From Oligoflexales bacterium (GTDB lineage Bacteria; Bdellovibrionota_B; Oligoflexia; Oligoflexales; Bog-1112), in assembly GCA_045106415.1 (NCBI GenBank), contig JBGCEP010000037.1, positions 1 through 59,726 of the forward strand: 59,726 nt of DNA, read 5' to 3'. Below are positions 49,551 to 57,853 of the stretch, piece by piece; position 1 is the stretch's first letter, and each line of letters opens with the position of its first letter. Made by a program: the position numbers and the translations under genes. Below the pieces are notes generated by a model, which was not told the origin of the DNA, searched no databases, and was given only the letters and a program-made list of their open reading frames with translations.

Positions 49551-50564
49551 ATGACACCTTATAAAATAGTCATACTGGGGTGCGGATGGTTTGGCACCAG
49601 CCTTGCTCAGCATCTTGCAAAGCTCGGTCGCGATGTTTGGATGTGGACTCGATGCCCTGAAGAAGCAAAAACGATCAATCAAACGCATTACCACCCAAAC
49701 TGCTTACAAAATATTCAACTTCATCACAACATTCACGCATCTTCCGAAATGAGCTCAGAGCTCTTTCAGAATACTACCGCCATTCTAACCGCAATTCCTA
49801 CACAGGCTTTACGTGAAGTTTTATTACAAGCTAAACCCCACCTGCCTCATCAACCTCTTATCATCAATGTTGCAAAAGGTATTGAAATAGGGAGTCATCA
49901 ACTCCCCTCTCAAATCATCGCCGAGACCATAGGAGTCAAACAGACTCAACGCTATGTTTCTCTCTCTGGCCCTAGCTTTGCACAAGAAGTTGCAGATGGT
50001 TTACCAACAGCGGTTTCTGCTGGTAGTCATCATTATGAAGCTCAACATCTTGTGCAAGATATTTTCCACTCTCCATATTTCAGGGTATACACATCACCAG
50101 ATCCCATTGGCTTAGAAATTGCAGGTGCTATCAAAAACATTATTGCTATCGCAGCAGGTGCGTGCCAAGGATTAGGGTTCGCTGCCAACTCACAAGCTGC
50201 TCTCATCACACGTGGTCTGGCTGAAATGACACGCATTGGAACTTCAATTGGAGCAAACCCAATGACATTCAGAAGCCTCGGTGGAGTGGGGGACCTTTTT
50301 TTAACGTGTAGTTCGCAAAAAAGCCGTAATTTTCAAGTAGGTTGGCTTCTGGGACAAGGGAAAACAAGACAAGAAGCGATGGATGCTATCGGCTCTACAG
50401 CGGAAGGTGTTACAACCACCTTAGCAGCACGAGAGCTTGGCAAACGTCAGCACATTAGCACGCCAATCACAGATTCAGTATACAAAGTGCTACATGAAGA
50501 CCAGCCTATACGACAAGCTGTTCAAGAATTGATGGCAAGGGATGCAAAGCATGAATGGGATTAA
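49551..50564 (+). CDS. gpsA: NAD(P)H-dependent glycerol-3-phosphate dehydrogenase
   Basis: GxGxFG, KGIE, SGPSFA, GAIKNIIAIAAG, GDLFLTC, SRN. Confidence 0.97.
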   Translation: MTPYKIVILGCGWFGTSLAQHLAKLGRDVWMWTRCPEEAKTINQTHYHPNCLQNIQLHHNIHASSEMSSELFQNTTAILTAIPTQALREVLLQAKPHLPHQPLIINVAKGIEIGSHQLPSQIIAETIGVKQTQRYVSLSGPSFAQEVADGLPTAVSAGSHHYEAQHLVQDIFHSPYFRVYTSPDPIGLEIAGAIKNIIAIAAGACQGLGFAANSQAALITRGLAEMTRIGTSIGANPMTFRSLGGVGDLFLTCSSQKSRNFQVGWLLGQGKTRQEAMDAIGSTAEGVTTTLAARELGKRQHISTPITDSVYKVLHEDQPIRQAVQELMARDAKHEWD

Positions 50565-50577
50565 CCATTCATGCTTT
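50546..50577. terminator. Bidirectional terminator hairpin between gpsA and sodB
   Basis: AAAGCATGAATGG / CCATTCATGCTTT perfect 13-bp stem. Confidence 0.7.
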
Positions 50578-50588
50578 ATTCTAAAAAA

Positions 50589-51170
50589 TTAGCTGTTCAA
50601 ATTCTTTTCAGCAAATTCCCAATTCGCCAAAGACCAGAAAGCGTCAATGTAAGAAGGACGTGCGTTTCTATAATCAATATAATAAGCATGCTCCCAAACA
50701 TCACAAGTTAACAATGGCTTCATGCCTTTAGTCAAAGGTGTATCGGCATTCGCTTCTTTTTCAATTTGCAAATCACCCTGGCTGTTTACACAAAGAAAAA
50801 CCCAACCAGATCCAAATAGAGTTTTACATGCTTCTGTGAACTTTTCTTTAAACGCATCAAAAGAACCAAAAGTCACATCAATTGCTTCTGCAATTTTTCC
50901 ACTCGGCTTTCCTCCGCCTTGTGGTGATAGACTGTTCCAATAAAATGTGTGGTTCCAAATCTGTGCTGCGTTATTAAACACACCACCCTTGGAACTCATA
51001 ATAATCTCTTCTAAGGATTTCGATTCAAAATCTGTACCTTTAACAAGATTATTCAAGTTAGTGACATACGCTTGATGATGCTTTCCATAATGGAATTCAA
51101 GCGTTTCTTTTGAAATGTGGGGTTGTAAAGCATCCATGCTCCAAGGTAGAGCTGGTAATTCAAATGACAT
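50589..51170 (-). CDS. sodB: Fe superoxide dismutase
   Basis: HYGKHH, FNNAAQIWNH (Fe-type Gln), DVWEHAYY. Confidence 0.96.
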   Translation of the reverse strand: MSFELPALPWSMDALQPHISKETLEFHYGKHHQAYVTNLNNLVKGTDFESKSLEEIIMSSKGGVFNNAAQIWNHTFYWNSLSPQGGGKPSGKIAEAIDVTFGSFDAFKEKFTEACKTLFGSGWVFLCVNSQGDLQIEKEANADTPLTKGMKPLLTCDVWEHAYYIDYRNARPSYIDAFWSLANWEFAEKNLNS

Positions 51171-51311
51171 ATGATCTCCTCATAACGCGACGATGTGAGA
51201 GGGATCATACCAATCTCGCATAAGGAGTTCTAGTCACATTGCTAGGAAAATGTAGCTAGAACCTAACAAGATGAGTTTCATCTTCAAATTTTTATCGGCT
51301 AAGGATCACAT

Positions 51312-54300
51312 ATGAAGCATTGTAATAGTTTGAAAAACTTGGCAGACACTCTTCAAAAAGGTCAGTCCGTTGACTTGTTTGGTATTGATTCTTTTTTGGC
51401 ACATATTATCACCGGCTATTGTGTATCTCAAAAATGGCCTCAAGTCATGATTGTTCTACCCAAAATGAGAGATATCAATGTTTGGTCTCGCACGACTCAA
51501 CAACTTAACCCACAACTGTCTCAATTCATACTCCCCAATCCACAGCTATGGGGACTTGAACGTTATCAAAACCTCTTACAAATCCGCCATCAAAGGCTTC
51601 AAGCTTTATCTGCTCTTGCTCAAAATCAACCCGGGATTTTTTTCACCACATGGTCAGCTCTTTGTAAAAAAACCATCCACCCAACCTCACTCCTCAATGA
51701 GAGCATGAAGCTCACGTGTGGGCAAAGTTACTCTAGAGAAAATATAATATCGGTACTGGCACAACAGGGGTATATTTCGACTCGCGCTGTTCATCACCCG
51801 GGTCAGTTTCTATTCCGAGGAGGCATTCTCGAAATTTTCCCTCTTCAACTTGATAGACCTCTAAGAATTCTCTTTTTTGATGAAGAAATCACTCATATAC
51901 AATACTTTTCCACACAGACAAGGCAAGTCGAAGACAGCCATCAACAAAACTGCTTTATACCACCTGCTTACGAAAAAACACCCCAATTCTCAAAAAACGC
52001 AATGCAATCTATTTTCGATCATTTCATCGAAACCAAAGTCCCGAGAGCTATTCGAGACGGAATTCTTTTACATCTTAACGAAGGCACTCCTTTTCAGGGT
52101 TATGAGCAATACCTACCTCTTTTAAACACAACCTCAGCCACCAGTTTTGACTATATCAACAAAGATGTTTTATGGGTTTTCCCACAATCACTTGCTCTTT
52201 GTGAGAAAGCTCATCAAGAATCTTACTCTCAACTAGAAGAATACTTTGAGCAAGACACTCTTGAAAAAAAACCTTCTGTTTCCCCTAAAGAACATTTCTT
52301 ACCCGCTCCTTCACTACCTCAAAAATCACTTCATTTCCTCGAAGCGAACACCTCCGTTCAACGGACTCCTCTCCATTGGATCAAATCTTCTTTTCCTGTC
52401 ACTCTTCTTGAAAAAAATCTCGATTCTCTATGGGAGGCCTTAGAATGGCTAAAAGAGCATCATGCATCTGCGATTTTCTGCGGATCTTTAGATCAAATAC
52501 ATCGCTTCAAATCTATTCTAAATCATCGAGATTTTTTATTAGAAAACCTATCTACACCTTGGGAGAGTCTCTCTCAAAATAATCCAACTATTTGCTATGC
52601 TGTTGAGGTTAATATTCCTCATTCCAGTTGGAAATGGTTAGAAATAGAAAATAGACTTCTTATATCAATTGATTTTTTGTTGGGAAAACCCACAAACCAA
52701 ACAAAACACCATAAAAAACTTTCAGAATACCTCACATCCCTTAAAGAGCTTCACCTCAACGATATCGTTGTTCACCCGACCCATGGCCTAGGTCAGTATA
52801 TGGGAACACATCACTTCAAAACCGCTGACGGAACAGCTGGTGATTATGTTGAACTCATGTACCAAAATAACGTCCGTATGTACGTCCCTGTCGAAGACTT
52901 AAAAATACTTGCCCGTTATGGTAATGAGGGAAGCGCTCGCATTGATAAAATTCATGGCGCTGGCTGGAATCAGAGAAAATCAAAAGCTAAAAAAGCCATT
53001 CATGATCTCGCCGAAGAACTATTAAACCTTCAGGCGAAACGCACAACTTCTCAACCCATTAGAGTGACTCACCAGAGCGAAGATATTTATAGACAGTTCG
53101 AAGGTGACTTTCCATGGCAAGAAACTGAAGACCAATTACGAAGTCTACAAGAGATCGACCACGACCTCACATCAGGGCTAGTCATGGATCGATTATTAGT
53201 AGGAGATGTGGGATTTGGAAAAACTGAAATAGCCATGCGTGCCGCGATGAAAACCATTCTATCTGGATATCAAGTCATCGTTCTCGTTCCCACGACCATT
53301 TTATGCCAACAACACGAGAGAAGTTTTCATCACCGTATGAATCACTATGGAATTACGGTTAAACGGCTTGATAGAAGCATTAAAACGGCAGATACAAAAA
53401 AAATTGAGTCTCTTTTTAAAACAGGACGATGTGACGTTCTTATTTCCACACATCGAATTCTCAGTAAACAGTGGCCTATGTCAAAAGTTGGCTTAGTGAT
53501 TATCGACGAAGAACAAAGGTTCGGAGTCAGCCATAAAGAAAAACTCAAATCACTCAGAAGCAACGTACATATTTTAAGCATGACAGCAACACCGATTCCT
53601 AGGACTCTTCACATGTCTATGGTCGGCTTAAGAGAAATCTCTTTAATCGAAACTCCTCCTAAAAACAGACAAGCTATACAAACTGAAATCAAACCTTTTT
53701 CCTCAGACGCTATCCGTGACTCAATTTACAGAGAGCTTGATCGAGATGGACAAGTTTTTATTATCTACAATCGTGTTACTGACATTGAAAGAGTACGCCA
53801 CGAAATTGAGCGACTTGTTCCCAATACCTCAATAACCATAGCGCATGGGCAGATGTCTGAATCCTCTTTAGACAAATCTATTCAAGAGTTTTTAAGCCAC
53901 AAAACATCCATTCTACTTTGCACAACAATTGTTGAATCAGGAATTGACATGCCTAATGTCAATACACTTATTGTATATGAAGCTCAACGTTTTGGACTTT
54001 CTCAACTTCATCAAATTCGAGGCCGTGTCGGCCGAAGTCACGTACAAGCCTTCGCTCTGTTTCTCACACGCCCCCCTTTGTCAGACGAAGCACAAGCTCG
54101 CCTCAATAGTCTCCTTCACCACCAAGAGCTCAACGCAGGCTTTGCCATAGCGTCACAAGATCTCGAACAGCGAGGTGCAGGGGACCTATTAGGGTCAAAA
54201 CAATCTGGACATATCGGTGCTGTAGGCCTCTCTCTCTACACATCCATGCTAGAACATGCTATTTCTGAACTCAAAGGAGAATCTCAACAGAATCACACAG

Positions 54301-54716
54301 AAACCGAGCTCCAAATCGGCGTAAAACCTGTTATTCCAAGAGATTATATCAATACAGATCTCGAACGACTTAAAAGCTATCGTCGCATTTTCGACACGAC
54401 AGAGCACTCCACACAACAATCCTTACAAAAAGAACTAGAGGAACACTACGGCCCCATGCCAGAGGAGCTCCATCAACTTTTTACTTTAAGTCGCATCCGT
54501 TCGCACCTTGGCTCTTTAGGTGTTATTCGGGCGAAAAAAATCCAGGAGTCAGAAATCTTGTTATACTTTCATAAGGGTCGGCTACAGAAAGCATTGCAAA
54601 ATGTAAAACCCTCCCCTATCTATGAAGTCACTAACAAGGGTGAACTCCGAGTTTTCCTTGCTCAAGGTTCTGGTCTACTCGCAGCTTTTGAGGCCGCACT
54701 CGCACCATTGAGCTAA
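51312..54716 (+). CDS. mfd: Transcription-repair coupling factor
   Basis: RGGILEIFP, VVHPTHGLG, GDVGFGKT, DEEQRFG, TATPIPRT, QIRGRVGR. Confidence 0.96.
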   Translation: MKHCNSLKNLADTLQKGQSVDLFGIDSFLAHIITGYCVSQKWPQVMIVLPKMRDINVWSRTTQQLNPQLSQFILPNPQLWGLERYQNLLQIRHQRLQALSALAQNQPGIFFTTWSALCKKTIHPTSLLNESMKLTCGQSYSRENIISVLAQQGYISTRAVHHPGQFLFRGGILEIFPLQLDRPLRILFFDEEITHIQYFSTQTRQVEDSHQQNCFIPPAYEKTPQFSKNAMQSIFDHFIETKVPRAIRDGILLHLNEGTPFQGYEQYLPLLNTTSATSFDYINKDVLWVFPQSLALCEKAHQESYSQLEEYFEQDTLEKKPSVSPKEHFLPAPSLPQKSLHFLEANTSVQRTPLHWIKSSFPVTLLEKNLDSLWEALEWLKEHHASAIFCGSLDQIHRFKSILNHRDFLLENLSTPWESLSQNNPTICYAVEVNIPHSSWKWLEIENRLLISIDFLLGKPTNQTKHHKKLSEYLTSLKELHLNDIVVHPTHGLGQYMGTHHFKTADGTAGDYVELMYQNNVRMYVPVEDLKILARYGNEGSARIDKIHGAGWNQRKSKAKKAIHDLAEELLNLQAKRTTSQPIRVTHQSEDIYRQFEGDFPWQETEDQLRSLQEIDHDLTSGLVMDRLLVGDVGFGKTEIAMRAAMKTILSGYQVIVLVPTTILCQQHERSFHHRMNHYGITVKRLDRSIKTADTKKIESLFKTGRCDVLISTHRILSKQWPMSKVGLVIIDEEQRFGVSHKEKLKSLRSNVHILSMTATPIPRTLHMSMVGLREISLIETPPKNRQAIQTEIKPFSSDAIRDSIYRELDRDGQVFIIYNRVTDIERVRHEIERLVPNTSITIAHGQMSESSLDKSIQEFLSHKTSILLCTTIVESGIDMPNVNTLIVYEAQRFGLSQLHQIRGRVGRSHVQAFALFLTRPPLSDEAQARLNSLLHHQELNAGFAIASQDLEQRGAGDLLGSKQSGHIGAVGLSLYTSMLEHAISELKGESQQNHTETELQIGVKPVIPRDYINTDLERLKSYRRIFDTTEHSTQQSLQKELEEHYGPMPEELHQLFTLSRIRSHLGSLGVIRAKKIQESEILLYFHKGRLQKALQNVKPSPIYEVTNKGELRVFLAQGSGLLAAFEAALAPLS

Positions 54717-54741
54717 TGTTCATTCATTTTACGAGGTACGA

Positions 54742-55662
54742 ATGAGAAGCGCTGCATTGTTCTTTTTTGGCTTATGTTTCGGTTTTTTCACAATATGGAT
54801 GCTAAAATTCCCTGCTCCGCATGCCTCACAAATATCCGACCCTGAGTACTCAATTCACATTGGAAAAGATCACCTATCCCAGGGAAAACTTCACGAAGAG
54901 GTGACTCAAAATCTTCTCACTTTTCAAAATGAAGACCTCAATCCTGCGGTTATGAATGATCTCTATCAATCAAATATCCAGGAAATTCTCGTGCGCAAAA
55001 GCCTTGTTCAGTCTCTTCTCAAAAAATTATCACCCACTGACTTAAGAACATTTCAAAAAAACTGTAAACATGAATGGTTAAACACAAAAAATCTCCAGCA
55101 CCAAGACTCTTCCATTTTACGAGATCGATTTTGCGAAGAAAAACTTATACAAACACACTTCACACAAAATATTGAGCCTCAAATAAATATCACAACACAA
55201 AACCTACAAGACTATTACAACAGCCATCTTTCAGAATTTAAAACAGGGTCTCGTGTTCTCATACGTCACATTTTGGTGAAAAAAGAAAGCTTAGCCAGAA
55301 AAATACACGCTAAACTTAACAGAAAAAACTTCTCTCAATTGGCCCAAAAATATTCTGAGGCCCCAGAGGCAGAGGATGGTGGCCGTATCGGGCCTTTTAC
55401 GCACAATGAGCTTCCTTCTTCACTTAATATTGCATTTCATATGAAAGAAGGGCACATCAGCAAGATTCTAAGCTCGACATACGGTTACCATATGATTACC
55501 TTGGATAAGAGACTCGAAAAAGGAACGAAGAGCTTTGATGAAGTCAAAGACTCAATTCGCAACACACTGCTACAGCAAGAACGGGAAAAGGAATATCGAC
55601 GATGGCTACAACTTTCTCTGCAATCTATAAAAATCAAAACTCATACATCTACCAATATGTAG
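54742..55662 (+). CDS. Parvulin-type peptidyl-prolyl isomerase (PrsA-like)
   Basis: IRHILV, FSQLAQKYS, GGRIG, YGYHMI. Confidence 0.9.
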   Translation: MRSAALFFFGLCFGFFTIWMLKFPAPHASQISDPEYSIHIGKDHLSQGKLHEEVTQNLLTFQNEDLNPAVMNDLYQSNIQEILVRKSLVQSLLKKLSPTDLRTFQKNCKHEWLNTKNLQHQDSSILRDRFCEEKLIQTHFTQNIEPQINITTQNLQDYYNSHLSEFKTGSRVLIRHILVKKESLARKIHAKLNRKNFSQLAQKYSEAPEAEDGGRIGPFTHNELPSSLNIAFHMKEGHISKILSSTYGYHMITLDKRLEKGTKSFDEVKDSIRNTLLQQEREKEYRRWLQLSLQSIKIKTHTSTNM

Positions 55663-56636
55663 CTCTTTTTTGGCTCAGTCTCACACCCACTATTTATGCT
55701 CAAAACTGGGAATCTCTCGACGGAATTGCTGCAAAAGTCGATCAACAAGTCATCTTACACAGTGAGATTCAAGAAAAAGTCCAACGTGGCCCTTTGGTGA
55801 TGATTTCTCCTTACCCTGCAGTAAGTAACTCATCACAATATGAACAAGCTCTGCAAGACTCTATCAATCTTGCTCTTGTTATAAAAGAATCAGAACAACT
55901 TGATATTGGGGTTTCCGATGAAGAAGTTGAACAAAAAATTCAAACTATTCTTCAAAAACAAAACTTGAGTGAATCCACTTTACGCGAGCTTTTATCAAGA
56001 GAAGGAAAAACGTACGAAGATTATTTTTCTGATTTTAGAAAAAATATGGTGCTGCAAAAATTTCAAGGCCGTGTCATTTGGCCTCGCGTAAAAGTAAGCG
56101 ATAAAGATGTAGAGACATACTTCATGTCAAAAGCGAGAAACAACCGCCAACAAGAACTGATTCAATTTCGACAAATTCTTATTCGCGTTCCTTCTGGGTC
56201 ATCTGAGGATATTTGGAAAAAGAAATCAGACCTAGCCAAAGATGTTCACTGGCAACTTTTACAACACTCAAAATCAAACTCAAAAAACACTGATGATTTC
56301 ATCCGTGCAGTTAAAATGCACTCCGACGCATCAAATGCCAGCAAAAACGAGGGCTTACTTCCAGAAATCGGTTTGAATGGCCTCACTCCTATTCTCCGCG
56401 ACGCTCTAAAGGACTTACAGGAAGGTGAAATAGTCACTCAGCCTGTAAAAACACCACAAGGTTTCTTTATTTTAAGACTCGAAAAACGCTCTTTTGGAGG
56501 AGGTCAAAAATTCCAAAATATGCGTGAGGCCCTTTACACTGAACTTCGCCAAAAAAGAATCCAAGAACAACTAGAAACATGGTTGATGCAAGCTAGGCAG
56601 AAAACTAGAATTCACATCACTTCTAAAAACACGTAA
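55602..56636 (+). CDS. surA: SurA-family periplasmic chaperone/PPIase
   Basis: LDGIAAKVDQQVILHSE SurA N-domain, FRQILI, GFFIL parvulin domain. Confidence 0.8.
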   Translation: MATTFSAIYKNQNSYIYQYVALFWLSLTPTIYAQNWESLDGIAAKVDQQVILHSEIQEKVQRGPLVMISPYPAVSNSSQYEQALQDSINLALVIKESEQLDIGVSDEEVEQKIQTILQKQNLSESTLRELLSREGKTYEDYFSDFRKNMVLQKFQGRVIWPRVKVSDKDVETYFMSKARNNRQQELIQFRQILIRVPSGSSEDIWKKKSDLAKDVHWQLLQHSKSNSKNTDDFIRAVKMHSDASNASKNEGLLPEIGLNGLTPILRDALKDLQEGEIVTQPVKTPQGFFILRLEKRSFGGGQKFQNMREALYTELRQKRIQEQLETWLMQARQKTRIHITSKNT

Positions 56637-56650
56637 AACTTTCTATTCAA

Positions 56651-56680
56651 TTTTGACTCTGACAAAAAACAGAGTCAAAA
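56651..56680. terminator. Stem-loop after surA
   Basis: TTTTGACTCTG / CAGAGTCAAAA inverted repeat. Confidence 0.5.
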
Positions 56681-56829
56681 AACACAACCAACTGAAAACA
56701 TTGAAGTTAAAGACAAGTTTCTTAACCAATTCACACATATCTTTCACAAACCAAGTGTGTCATTTCTTCATGGAATAAAAAAAGATCAAAATCCATCAAA
56801 ACTCTGTTTCACAAAGTCTTCAAAAAGTA

Positions 56830-56857
56830 TTGACAGAAAAAACTGGATGAGTATGAT
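56830..56857 (+). promoter_or_regulatory. Sigma-70 promoter of tRNA-His
   Basis: TTGACA-N16-TATGAT ending 13 bp before the tRNA. Confidence 0.75.
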
Positions 56858-56870
56858 CCTTGTATCTTGT

Positions 56871-56947
56871 GGTGGCCATGGCGAAGGGGTTAACGCATCG
56901 GATTGTGATTCCGACACTCGAGGGTTCAAATCCCTTTGGCCACCCCA
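56871..56947 (+). tRNA. tRNA-His(GTG)
   Basis: G-1 8-bp acceptor GGTGGCCA/TGGCCACC, anticodon loop TTGTGAT, GGTTCAAATCC, CCA. Confidence 0.97.
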
Positions 56948-57211
56948 TTTCTTTTCTTAAAAATTCAATTCATTTGAATGATAGTTTCGGTACTAAAACC
57001 AAAGTACGTTTGCTTTGACTTCAAGCATTCCTCATTCTCAACATAAAATTCGACGATCTAATTTCAGCTCATGCAGCTTTATTCCTATTTTGGTTATTGA
57101 TAAAGCTGACTTCAAAAAAATTATTAAAGAGCTCTATTAAGCATAAATTCATTGAAAAAATGACCGCGGCGCAAAAAATAAACACAATTAATATTTAAAT
57201 ATTAGTTGCTT

Positions 57212-57276
57212 ATACTGATTATCAGTATTTCTTCAATAGATTTAAAAACTAGAGTTCTCCGACAAAAGACCGATAC
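57212..57276 (+). promoter_or_regulatory. Palindromic operator candidate plus sigma-28-like promoter of the H-NOX operon
   Basis: ATACTGAT-T-ATCAGTAT (57212-57228); TAGAGTTC-N11-ACCGATAC (57250-57276). Confidence 0.45.
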
Positions 57277-57309
57277 CTTACCTACAACAATAAAACATAG
57301 GATGTACGT

Positions 57310-57852
57310 ATGAAGGGTATGGTTTTTAATTTATTAGAAGATTTTGTCGTCGAAAACTTTGGGCAAGATGTCTTTGAGGACATTTACTCCTCAACATCAC
57401 TTCAAACAACAGATCCTTTCGTAGGACCAGCAACTTACCCGGATGCTGACTTTCTTTCTCTTGTTGGCACCACATGCCAAAAACTCAACATCCCTTTAGA
57501 TCAAGCTGTTCGTGGATTTGGTAAATATTGCTTTCCAAAACTGGTGGCTATTGAGCCAAGTTTTGTTAACAATCCTCAGAGTGCAAAAGAATTTTTAAAA
57601 ACTGTTCACGATATTATTCACGTTGAAGTTAAAAAACTTCACCCTGATGCAGAGCTTCCATCATTTGAATACCGCGACACTGACCCTCAAAAACTTGAAA
57701 TGATTTACTCTTCTCCAAAAAACCTCTGTTTATTTGCTGAAGGCTTAATTGAAGGTTGCGCTGAACACTATAAAGAAAAGATCACTTATCATCAAAGCGA
57801 ATGTTCACATAAAGGTGATACACAATGTGTCTTTAAGTTGGAGTTTAGTTGA
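57310..57852 (+). CDS. Heme-NO/O2 binding (H-NOX) sensor protein
   Basis: MKGMVF, TYPD, FG, proximal His in IHVEV (H104), LPSF, YSSPK, AEGLIEG. Confidence 0.93.
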   Translation: MKGMVFNLLEDFVVENFGQDVFEDIYSSTSLQTTDPFVGPATYPDADFLSLVGTTCQKLNIPLDQAVRGFGKYCFPKLVAIEPSFVNNPQSAKEFLKTVHDIIHVEVKKLHPDAELPSFEYRDTDPQKLEMIYSSPKNLCLFAEGLIEGCAEHYKEKITYHQSECSHKGDTQCVFKLEFS

Positions 57853-57853
57853 T

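Noticed and set aside
51291..51320. Sigma-28 promoter for sodB (perfect GCCGATAA on the minus strand)
   Set aside because: No matching -35 element at 15-16 bp, and it lies about 120 bp from the start
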